Shown here piece after piece: positions 1 to 11,100 of a stretch of DNA of 64,000 nt. A model generated the notes under the pieces. That model saw only the letters and a list, made by a program, of their open reading frames with translations, ran no database searches and was not told where the DNA came from. This DNA comes from Phoronis australis. Its lineage: Eukaryota; Animalia; Phoronida. The DNA is taken from NCBI GenBank assembly GCA_002633005.1, contig NMRA01000421.1, positions 324,171-388,170 of the forward strand, given 5' to 3'. Numbering within the stretch: position 1 is the first letter of the stretch; every line of letters begins with the position of its first letter. The position numbers and the translations under genes were made by a program.

Positions 1-663
1 ATGAGTAAAACACAAACAATGGTTCACACGAAAAGGTTTCAAAAAAGCAAGCATGATTTGGCACTTACCATGATTACAACTAAACAGATGTTTGGCACTA
101 TCACACAACTAAACAGCACAGCAGAAATGTTCTGTTATACATGGCACTGCAGCGGGCCTTCTCCACATTGGTTAAATTATAAATGGATCGTGACAAATGA
201 CAAATAAATAAAAATGAAATGCCCCCACCATATTTTTATAGCAGTGGATCTTAATGTTTTTCGTCCGCTAATTAAACACAATAACGTATGCAAGAACATA
301 GCGAAATGTAGCGAGTATATCACTTTAGTTTGTGACAAAGTAAATTATTCATCTAATCAACACTACACATCCAAAATAACTGGACAAAATGGCATTGAAT
401 TACCCATCATGATGACGGACCACAAGCAGAATTCCCCGTCATGACAGAAACGGTTGAGTGCAGGTGGAATTCACCATCAGAATGGCTAGTCCTGATGGGT
501 CACTACTAACTGCCACAACTGAGAAATGGAATTTTGTCCAATACATTTCTTGTAACTAGAAGAGTACAGTTGGGAATGACTACACAAAATTAGGAAAAGT
601 TGCATAGTACTTCTTTGATTCTGATACACAGTTAAACGACCAACAATTATTCTTTAACATTAC

Positions 664-813
664 CCTTTCTCGCCTCTTTTTCTTCTCCCTATTCAATATT
701 CTCTGTTCATGCGCCTCTGTCCGAGGGATCCCTTTATTCTTCCCATGCCGAGTCACTGTGACCCAGCCTTCATCATCAGCCACTCCCTCAAGCTCTTTGG
801 CCCTTTGCTTTTC
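664..813 (-). CDS. RRP7A: RRP7A exon 6 (EGVADDEGWVTVTR...)
   Basis: TAG acceptor, GTAATG donor, conserved DEEGW-type motif. Confidence 0.93.
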
Positions 814-3800
814 CTAGAGTATCATGAAAATAAAATTGTATGCTCACGTATTCATCCTAATTATTGAAATTATACGACACAATTATCAATCAATGTTCAA
901 ATGTATTTTGAAATCAACTAATTCAAATCCAAATAAAAAGTTGTCAAATCCACTGCAGTGGCTATACCCCCTCTTCAGTCCGAGAGGCAAACTTCAATTA
1001 TCACTCTTGCAAGCATGTTGACAATTGGATTTGTGTGAAATGATAGTAGTGAAGACAATGCTGTGAGGAATGTTGATGGAAAGAGCCCACTAGAGACATC
1101 TGGTGAGTACTACTCTTGTATGGTATGATGGACTAGTGATGTCACAACTGTCACCTAGCTAACATTGCAGACATGCACATATTCAATTACACAGGAGAAC
1201 ACTGTCAAAAGTTTTAAAGGAGCAGCAAACCAGCTTTCTGTAATAAAAATTGACTTAGACAATTTACCATTATAAACAGGTTGCAACATGTTCTTTAATC
1301 AAATGAGACAAGATTTTTAGGTTTGGGAAAACTTTAAGTTCACTGCTAACAACCAGACTTAATAGGCTGGAATGTCATGACAGGTCATTTTATACACTAA
1401 GCAACAACACTAGCATCAACAAACCGTCAGCTCTACACAAGTCCAGAAATCTTGCCTATTCTCAGTCCCGTAAATCTTATGAGCAGTTTTATAACAGTAA
1501 ATGATCTAAATCAAAAGTTAAGTTACAGACATAAGGTAGGTACACTGTGCCTTTAACTATAAATATTACGCATTAACACAGTAAGAAAGGTGACAGAATA
1601 TACCTCTTCTTCTCTCTTGTCAAACTCCACCATGTATTGGTCTATTTCTTTCTGTAATTCTTCCTGGTCTATCAAGTGATCCTTGTATTGTTGACACCAC
1701 TCTGGGGAAAAACAAACTGGTCTCATCGCCAATCAAACTAAAGCGCATCAGTAACACTTTACAAGCTCTATTGCAAACTTGAAAACGATATTCAGTAAGA
1801 GATTTTATCGAGTACGGAAAGATACAGTGAGTGTTCAGTGGACCTCATAGATCTTACTATGGACTGTGCTTATGGCACTGGTGTATGTTAAAGCTGGAAT
1901 GTCACAATCGTCAACTTCAACTTAAGATCAGCCAGGTTCCCAACAAAGAAATATTAAAGGAATTTTTAAGACGGCGTCTTTTGTGGGCTTGAAATAGCAG
2001 GGTGAAAATTGTACACAGACATTGGATGTTAAGGGTGAAAATTGTATAAAATTAGAGACATTGGATGCTAGAGGGTGAAAATTGTACACAGATATTGGAT
2101 GCTACAAAAACCACAGTCTTAGCCTAAAAATTTGTGTTTTTGAGCCAAGCAGAATAGGGAAACTTTACTAAGAGTAGAACCGCACACACTAGTAAATCTA
2201 TGACTTGTATAAAATCAAATATATCTACTTAAAAACCTCACAACATTATCATTGCAATTTATCATCTGAACTAGAAGAAGCAAACTTTGTGAAAATGCAT
2301 GAACAACCCGTAATAAAATAATTACTTACTTTTCACACCAGTATATATGGGATTTTCATCTGTTGATAGTATGTAAGGCTCACTGAAGTACAGTGACTTG
2401 GCTTTTGCAACTGAAGCTGCCTTTTTAAAAACTACATATGCCACCTTAAATCCCTGCAAGAAAGCACAGAAAACCACAATAACAAATGTGTAATGCATAT
2501 TAACTTCTTAACCAATCCTGAGCAATTGGGTACCTTAAGTACACAACAAGTCAACAATATATATAGCGGCATCCAATATTACAGTTTTGTTAAACTGAAC
2601 ACTGTTGACAGATTATCATACATACTAGTATAGTTGCAATCAACAACTTAAGACCCTTTCCCACCAACTTGTTCTCAGAACGTCCATACCAGTCTCAACA
2701 TATTTATGGAACAGCCGGGGACGGGCTGAAATGGACAACTTTGACAAAAACCGATTGGCCAAAATTAGGTAAAAAAAACAACAAGCATAGTTGTTCTGGT
2801 TAGTATCCCAGTTCATTTCAAGACCAGTGCTCTTTGCCTAAAAAACACCTGCTCACGTCAATTCGTGTTTTTTTGAAGCTGCGCAAAGACATGTAAACCA
2901 GGGTAAGCTGAGCGATGAGTAAATATAAACAAGAGCAACGCAGAGCGTTGAAATGCGCCCACGAAAGGATCGCAAATGGTGTGCTTTTAGGGTTATTTAT
3001 TTGCATCATAAAAATGGCTACTAGATGGCACAAAAACGTACAATCCATCCAAAAAATGGGAACATGCCATATTTCATAAAAATCTGTCAAGGAACTTCAG
3101 AGAAACAATGGAAAACAGAATAAAATGAAATTGCCACTAGTGGGCAGTGTCTGTTGGATCCGCCTGAAAGTCATTGTGCTCTGCTTTTATCTTAATACAG
3201 CTATGGGCGCGAAACAAAACAAAAATATTACTAGTAGGAGCCACAGTAGTCAGTCGCCATTATCAAACGTCCTCTTCATACTGAAAACACTTCAATTTTC
3301 AAAACCATCCCTGGAAGAATTTGGTTGACAGAGGGGTGGAAACAGCAAAAATGGCCACCATGTGGTGCAAAATACTTCGATTCCATCCCAAAACAGGAGC
3401 AAAGCGTCATCTCTTCAATAGATGCCTATATTCAGATGCCTTTGAAGATACAGAGGTAAATGTATAAAGCTAAAATTGCCACTAGGGGGAACACCAGTGG
3501 TCAAATCCGTCTGAAAGTTGTCGTTGTCCGTTGTCAACATCATAGAAATATCCTTGCTAAATTAAGTAAAGATCCTGCAAACTGTTTAGGAAATACAGCC
3601 ATGAGCGTAAAAAAAACTAAAAACTGGAGGCGCCACAGTAGTCAAAGTCGTCCGAAAATCATCGTCAGCCGTTCACTTCATAGCTAAAACATACATGCCA
3701 ATTTTCACAATTATCCTGAAAGTGGTTTGGTTGATAGATGAGTGGACACCAAAAAACAGACTCGAAAACAGTAAAAATGGCCACTAGGTGGCGCAAACTA

Positions 3801-6800
3801 GGTCGAATCCATCTGAAAATGGAGAGATAGCGTCACATCATTAACAGGTGCCTGTATGCCAAATTTTATGAAAATACGTTGAGGACCTTTGAAGATACAG
3901 AGGTAAACATAAAAAAATAAAATTGCCACGAGATGGCACACCAGTACTCAGATCTGTCCTAAAGTCTTCATCCTGCATTACTAACGTCACATGAATACAC
4001 TTACTAAATTAAGTAAAGATTCTGCAAACCGCTTAGGAGATACAGCCATAGGCGCAAAAAAACAAAATTGACACTAGGAGGCACCACAATAGTTGAAGTC
4101 GTCGGAAAACCATCATCAGCCATCCACTTCATAGTAAGAACATACATGACAATTTTCGCAATCATCCTTTGAGCGGTTTAGTTGATGGAGGGACGGACCC
4201 CAAAAAACAGACTCGTAAACAACAAAACTGGCCACTAGGTAGCGCAAAATACCTTGAATCCATCCGAAAACGAAAGGATAGCGTCACCTCATTAATATAT
4301 GCCTACGTGCTAAATTTCATGAAAATCGGTTGAGGACCTTAGAAGATACAGAGGCAAACATAAAAAATTAAAATTGCCACTAGGGGGCAAAGCGGTACAC
4401 GGGTCGGTCCGAAACTAGTTGCTCTCTGTCGTCAACCCCATAGGTTCACACCTGCCAAATTTCTATAAGATCCTACAAGGGGTTTAAGAGATACAGCCAC
4501 AGACGCCGGACGACGGACGCTGGATGCCCAGACAGAGATGACGACAATAAAAACAAATCCCGCATCATTTTTCCTCATCTCGGGCAGATTTTTTGTTTTG
4601 AAAAAGTGAGCACCTAAAAATACAGCACCACTGACTCGATTTTCAAAAAAGACCAGAAGCAGTTAAGCTTCTTTTTGACTTTATACGATGTTTAGTCACG
4701 TTCCTTTTTCTTTTATTAGATTTCTGAAAAGCATTCAACTGCACAAGACTGGCTGCCTACCTCTATTGGCTTGTTCTTTTGGAAAAACTTGCTCTCTTCA
4801 ACAGACTCCGATGACGACGGGGTCTTTTGTATGATCACATTCTTCACTGCACCGCAGTCAGAAAAGAGTCGTTGAAGGCACTCCTGAAAAAACAAAAATA
4901 ATAATCATTTGACAAATCAGCGCTAAATGAGTCATGGTCAACATATTCACAAATGTCTACATGTTATTATCATGAATGCCTGCAAACTGCATTATGAAAA
5001 CACAATCCAGAAAACAGACCCTGGTCATTTCATAACCAATTGGCATTCATATTTTCCTTCCATTTAGGTATAGCCTTTCCAAGATGACCAATTAATTTTA
5101 TCAGAAGGCAATACATATTGCAACAATTCTTCACCTATTCAGCATAAACATGGTGCACAAATGAACTTTTGTAGAATTTCTCAAAAAAAGATTAAGAAAA
5201 TTGTAGTCTATTATCAGATTGAATCAAACTGTCAACAATTGGTAAAGATTCCATAACTTGCAACGAGGTGGTCAGTCTTTGGAATGACAGAAAATTTTGC
5301 CAGTTATTTTCAGGCAAAACAACTGAGGAACTACCAATGAACGTTGAACAAGAGCAATGAGGAGCATTAAAATGCGCCCACGACTGCTCCGCAAACGGTG
5401 TTACATCTAGGGGTATTTATTTGTATAATAATAAAAACTGGCCAACAGGTGGCACAAAATACATTGAACCAAAATCCAAATATGAGAAGGTGTCAGCATC
5501 TCCCAAAACTATTTGCCAAATTTATAAAAATCTGTCAAAGAACTCCAAACACACAAAGGCAAACGTAAAAAAACTGCCATTAGGAACCACATCAATAGGC
5601 GAATCTGTTCATCTGCTATCAAGTTAATAGGAATACAATTGTAAAATTTCGAAAACATCTTGCAAGGGATTTAAGAGATTCAGCCGTTAATGCGAATGTT
5701 TTTTTCTACTGAAAAAGCAAAAGCACTGAAGGTGCACTTGCCAAATGTCACTTCTTGGAAATTCACGTTTCGTACGACAATCAGCAGCTAACATTCACAT
5801 CTGGTATAACACTTCAGCAGTATGAAGCTTATGGTGAGAACATAACCATTTTAAGCTATGAAACATTCTAGATAAAAACTTTGAAGTTTATGTTGTCATG
5901 TGACTATAGCTTTTTTGTGCATTTCGATGACCACTCTAATAGAAACACAAAGCAAGGCTACAGAAACAATAATTTGCAAAATTTTATTCGAAATAACAGA
6001 ATTATCAAAACTATGACCATGCAGATTCACAAACCTGATTACAATAAGGTGGTACATTGACTACAAATAAAGTTTTGTCTTTCGGCTTGCTATAATCTGT
6101 ATCAGACTTGACACTGTGTTCTTTAACATACAGATAATGTCCAGCCTTGCTCCGTTTACTAAAGCGGACAGGTAGCACTGAAATGGAATAAGCACAGTGA
6201 ACGTTACATGTTGTCCTGCGTTACAACTTCTACATTACATGTTGTCCCACGTTACGTAGTTCTACGTTACGTGTTGTCCAACATTACATACTTCTACATT
6301 ACATGTTGTCCCACGCACGTTACATATTTCTACGTTACATGTTGTCCCGATTTACAACTTCTACATTACGTGTTTTCCTGCGTTACAACTTCTACGTTAT
6401 GTGTTGTCCCATGTTACATACTGCTACAACGTTACGTGTTGTCCTGCGTTACATACTTCTACAAAGGCCCTTGTAGTGTTATCTTTGAAACTCGTGGTTT
6501 TGGATCATGTTTTGGGGGAGGAACCCTTTGTTTTGGTTCTTTAATACACCAAGTCAGCACTCCTAATTAAACTGGACCAAATGAATAGCATCAATTCACC
6601 GAGAAAATCCATAACCGCTAACTTCAAATCACCCCATTTGAAGTTTGCAACCTCTGTCTGTCCCAGTTAGCACTGTGTAGTGCTTTGCCATATTCACAAT
6701 GGTAGAACCCTTCGAACAATGAAAAAGGTGAATTGTTAGCAAGTACTTTTGTCTGAAATTGGTGAAATTTTACTACATAAAATGGCTGCTTCATGCCTCA

Positions 6801-8271
6801 TAAAAGATGATAAAATTGATTCCTCCAGCATAAACAATCAATGAACTTTACACAGTGATAAGACAGGGTTGAATATAGGATAACCTAGAGGCCCTGAGGG
6901 CAACCGTAATGATAGCCTTTTGTCACCTCAATTTTTGGTGTTATTCCAATCCAAGCAACACATTGACGTATGTGCTAATTAAAAAAATTTGAAGACCTAT
7001 CAGTTGACAAGCTTAGTCTTCGCACCAGTATCAATACCGTGAATTTGTAGTTCCGGGTGTGGAGTAGTTGAATAAAGGCCTCTCTAAATCATTTCCCAAA
7101 AAGAATTGCCTACTGACCAATTGCTTTGGATGCTTGACCCACACACCAATGGCTCAAGTTTGACACCGGCTGTGGACAAGGGACTTTGGTGTCCAACTAA
7201 AGCAAGACCCATGAGACCAAAATCTTTTTCAGCTCACTCTTTCACACATCTGAATCTGTACCAGGAGGGGCCTGAAACTTATGTTCTCAGTTAATGAGAA
7301 CATGTTTCAGCACAGGTTGATTTACATTAGTGTTTTATCTACTAATCAACTAAATAACAGGCCCGGTTTTCATTTACTGCAGGGTTCTCTAAATAAGGAA
7401 CCGTTATATCAAACCAGGGCTCAAATTACAGGAACTTGCTGAAATTTGGGCCCTCGTGCACAAGTATAATGGTGTATAAATATAAAGCTTTGTCGGCAAT
7501 AGTCTGATACAATGTGCCCGTATTTTGAGAACCAGTTTAATGCCCGTTATTCAGTGGAGAAAACTGGTTCTCAAAATTCGGGCACGTTATATCACACCAT
7601 TACCGCTTTGTCATTAAAAACTACTTCCTTGAGTAGGCTAAATTGGTTACCAGTGCTAAAAAATTGTTGTCCTACCATTATCCTGCTGCTAAAATTGTGG
7701 CACAATCTTATGCTTTCACTTTCAGCGTCGTAAAATAGGGTGTCACAAATTGACTAATTTTTTCTCTTCAATCGTCTTCCACAAGGTTGTACACACACCC
7801 ACCCACCCACCCACCCACCCACCCACACACACACACACACACACATGTAAGTATATGCATATCACAACAGAATACTGGATTTCGTTTCACATCGTAAAAG
7901 TTTTTAACGCTAAATATTTTGCTTCTGCAAAGCTNTGCGCAAAAGGTATTTGTAACAACGTGACTTTGATGGTTTAGTCGGTGCGAGGCATAATTCGCCG
8001 AAAAGCTTCCGGCGTACAGAGCGCCTATAGCCTCTACATCGCCTCTGCTTCGGGCCAACAGAGGCGATGGTCATTGCCTAATGCACTATGCATGGCGACG
8101 TATTCGGTGTGCGAAAGAACGACCAGTAAAAAACAATGAGCAACAATTCATCTGTCCATAATTGACCAAAAACTTCAGTTATTAATGGTTATTCTAAGAC
8201 CTCTATGAAATTTACAAGCAGAAGCGGAGCATTTTACCAGTAAACCCGTTGACAACAACTGCACCGCTCAT
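664..8271 (-). CDS. RRP7A: Ribosomal RNA-processing protein 7 homolog A (spliced, 3'-partial; 224 aa in window)
   Basis: Exons 8238-8271, 6035-6177, 4761-4883, 2330-2453, 1604-1701, 664-813 all have GT-AG boundaries with compatible phases. Translation contains HYLYVKEHSV..KTLFVVNVPPYC, GFKVAYVVFKK, TGVKKW..Y, DDEGWVTVTR..PRTEA, all RRP7A hallmarks. The last exons lie left of base 1. Confidence 0.95.
1604..1701 (-). CDS. RRP7A: RRP7A exon 5 (KWCQQY...LQKEIDQYMVEFD)
   Basis: CCCCAG acceptor, GTATAT donor, phase 1/0. Confidence 0.92.
1999..2103. repeat. Short tandem repeat, 3 copies of AGGGTGAAAATTGTACA..GACATTGGATG
   Basis: Three direct copies visible. Confidence 0.85.
2330..2453 (-). CDS. 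RRP7A: RRP7A exon 4 (GFKVAYVVFKK...TGVK)
   Basis: TGCAG acceptor, GTAAGT donor. Confidence 0.93.
2928..4550 (-). mobile_element. Non-autonomous Helitron/Helentron-like element with internal tandem array
   Basis: One end is AACAAGAG plus hairpin CAACGC-AGA-GCGTTG. Internal ~150-bp monomers form ~450-bp higher-order units. The other end is a GACGG-type microsatellite. A second, truncated copy lies at ~5347-5700. Confidence 0.65.
4761..4883 (-). CDS. RRP7A: RRP7A exon 3 (ECLQRLFSDCGAV...)
   Basis: TTTCAG acceptor, GTAGG donor, 123 nt, phase 0/0. Confidence 0.92.
5347..5700 (-). mobile_element. Truncated second copy of the 2928-4550 element
   Basis: Shares AACAAGAGCAA..AAATGCGCCCACGA..GCAAA.GGTG and a monomer with the first copy. 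Confidence 0.7.
6035..6177 (-). CDS. RRP7A: RRP7A exon 2 (LPVRFSKRSKAGHYLYVKEH...VNVPPYCNQ)
   Basis: TTTCAG acceptor, GT donor, conserved N-terminal RRM-like motif. Confidence 0.93.
6200..6462. repeat. ~30-bp minisatellite (TACATGTTGTCCTGCGTTACAACTTCTACGT-like)
   Basis: About 8 degenerate tandem copies. Confidence 0.9.
7508..7591. mobile_element. Small palindromic MITE / hairpin
   Basis: TGCCCGTATTTTGAGAACCAGTTT pairs with AAACTGGTTCTCAAAATTCGGGCA. Confidence 0.7.
7791..7844. repeat. (CACC)n(CA)n microsatellite
   Basis: Directly visible. Confidence 0.95.
8238..8271 (-). CDS. RRP7A: RRP7A coding exon 1 (MSGAVVVNGFT)
   Basis: ATG at 8271, donor G|GTAAAA, phase 1 matches the next exon. Confidence 0.75.
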
Positions 8272-8680
8272 GCTTTACTTTTTACGACAACCAACTTCTG
8301 CCACTGCCACTGGTACATCCGGTAAATTTATCTCTTCATGCACAGAAAAATAAATTTTGAACAAACTTATCGCATTGAAAACATGCTGAATAACATTAAT
8401 TATGAAGTTGTATTAAATTTGAAGCAATGTTTTGTCAACACAATCATTTTTTGAAAAAGTTCGATTATGAAAGTTGATTTCCGTTTCCTGTTTAGGTTTC
8501 TGAGAAGTGTTTCTGCTCTTGCTAATAGCGCAGGTTCTTTTAGTGAACAGCAGCGTTTGTGCTGTTTATATAGCGCATTCATCCCGTAGCAAGTGGTGTT
8601 TAATAGCGTGTAAAGTACAAGACTCTAAACAATTACATTTAAATGTGTGAATGATTCTTCCAGTGGATAGGAATCAACTT

Positions 8681-10099
8681 CAGTTGACAACGTGGTGGTA
8701 GACAGTACCGCCGTCTCAAGTTCAACTGGCCGCAGACGCTGATGCGGTAGTCATCATATAGCCCCTCCATACGCCGGAGGCTTTTCAGTGAATTATGCCT
8801 TGTCGCTGATTGGAACATGAATGTCATTTGCTATTAGTATCTTTTGTGCCTACAGGGACACCTTTAACTCTTCTCAGCTCGACCAAATACTCCCACGATC
8901 AAACTTTTTTCGAACAGAACTTCATGTTCATTCAGTTGCCCAAATCAGCAACTAACCATTTTATGCTATTCGTACAAGGATATATGACGTCATATCCCTT
9001 GGCGCTAGCAGTGTAAAATATGGCTAGTTACCAATTTGGGCAACTAAACGGAAGACTGGTGGAAAAAAATGATTGCAGAAGTATTTGTTAAAGCTGAGAA
9101 GAGTTAAAGACGTCAGTGTCCTAAGGTATCCCTCCCATGCTCAAAAGGTATTTATAGCAACTTACATGGATTAATCATTAGGCTTGCACTGGCCGCTCGT
9201 CATTGGGGAATTCTGAGCAGCACTGGCGATGTTAGAGCTAAGTCCATTTCCCAACTTGGTGAATGCTTTTGCAACTTGACAATAAAAATTAATTTCAGGA
9301 AACCTACTCGTGTGTCGACTCACACTCAGCCCGTATCGAGTCGGGCCGCAAACAACATTCTTACTATGATTCCGAGCCCAAAAATAGCAACCAAATGTTC
9401 CTTCCATTTCATGTCCGTCACCCCCCCCCCCCCCCNTACTGCAATGAAATGTTCAACTGTGTAGGGGGTGCCAGCGCTGTTGGTAATGGTGATTTCGCGC
9501 TTCGTAGTAAGATCTCGTGTAGGTGCTGCCGCTTGTCGTCTGCAAGTGACAATGTCAATACAGCAGCTTCCATAAGAAAACAAGATGAAGTAAACGTCAA
9601 TTTGTTAAGTAATAAGTTTTGTATTAACTACTCTGCATCATTTAGCTTTATTTTGCAAGCCACAAGTTATGTTAATATTTTGGACCTAAATGTCTTGCTC
9701 ATCAAAATGCCCATGTGGCTGGCGTACCCCTGCCATAACCTGGGGATAGAGGGGGAATCCCTGCCCAATTTTTTTAGGTTAACATCAATGAAATGTGCGA
9801 CCCTGGCATAGGTAGAACCTCTGCCCAATTTTTTGTGTCAACATTATGCCCATGTGGCCGGTGTACCCCCGCCGTAATCTGGGGATAGGGAGAAAGTATT
9901 TGAATAATAATTTTTGACAATGGCTATAAGTCTTCAGATGTTTTAGCTATTTTGGCTAATTCCTTTAAAAGTCTTGCACAAGTCTGGAATCAGTGTGAGG
10001 CAAAAGCTTCCAGCGTATGTAGGGCCTATGGGATGACCACCGTCACTACTGCAGCCAGTTGAGACGGTGGTACTGTCTATTGTCCATGACGATTGACTG
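8681..10099. mobile_element. Old element bounded by ~100-bp imperfect inverted repeats (8681-8785 / 10002-10099)
   Basis: TAGACAGTACCGCCGTCTCAA...ATACGCCGGAGGCTTTT is the reverse complement of AAAAGCTTCCAGCGTAT...TTGAGACGGTGGTACTGTCTA. Confidence 0.6.
8868..9103. mobile_element. TTAA-flanked foldback MITE (piggyBac-like ends)
   Basis: TTAA-CTCTTCTCAGCT ... AGCTGAGAAGAG-TTAA, with long imperfect internal arms. Confidence 0.65.
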
Positions 10100-10990
10100 T
10101 TCGTTGACGTATTTCGTTAGGCGTAGGCTGGAACAAATCCCATTACCTTTTGTACTATATCTGCATTCTAAGATCACATAGATGGCGCTTAAAATTGAAC
10201 CCACAACCCAGGCTCAAGAATCTTTGCCTTTATGAAATACAATAACTATTATTAAGTTTATTGAGAATCTCAGCAACTTCTCCTCACTCATTTCGTTCTT
10301 ATGGAAACAGGCACCTCTCACATGAGCAGTGCAGCCGATAGGGGGCTGAGGGACTATAGCCCCCCTACATATTTTAGTGCTGTGCCGCCTGTGTCGCACC
10401 CCTGTTATTTTCTTCAGAGCACTCCCTGTGTCTTGGAATTCACCATCAGGCAGCCCTGCCCACTCTCTGCCAGGCTCTGGACTTCTGGAGACACTTAATC
10501 ATTGATAATGATTGAAAGATTCACTATTAAGCAAGTGCGCCTGCACTAATGTTATTGCCAGTCCGCCTTAATGAGTGTTAAATTGAGCTAACTTCCCTTT
10601 GTAGTCCCATGCCTGTTAGTATGGATATGCGTTATTCATGTAAGTAATCTTATTTGACGTCTTCTATCCAACAGTGCCAAATATTCCAGTTATCACATAG
10701 CAAAGACAGTTCACCCTATTTCATTTCTGTAATACCTCTTGTGTCTCCAGCATGTTTAGACAACTCAGATGGAATCTCTAAAACAGCGTCGAATTACTCG
10801 TGGACTCCTTGTTTTTCGCATATTCCACCAATGCAACACAATTGGTATGCCATTGCCGCAAAAACGCATTATCTTGTCAGCAAGAAGACTCGTATAATTT
10901 TCTTTTGTACTTGCAGGTATTTGTACAGTTTATTTAAGTATTTGGAAATTTCATAAAGAGATTACTGCGAAAGTTCCGCTATGAGCATCA

Positions 10991-11100
10991 ATGAACGGAG
11001 TTATAAAGTTATCAATTCAGAATGAGCTGCAGCTACGCTTCCTGAGCCCTGACGATTTGGACGAAATAAAATGTCTTTGTGCTGACTGGTTCCCTATTGA
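10991..11100 (+). CDS. NAA60: NAA60 coding exon 1
   Basis: Exon starts at 10917 after TTGCAG; LRFL..DD....LC.DWFPI; donor GTACGT. Confidence 0.92.

Noticed and set aside
6208-6570. 120-aa Cys/Tyr/Val-rich ORF
   Set aside because: Translation of a 30-bp minisatellite, antisense within an RRP7A intron.
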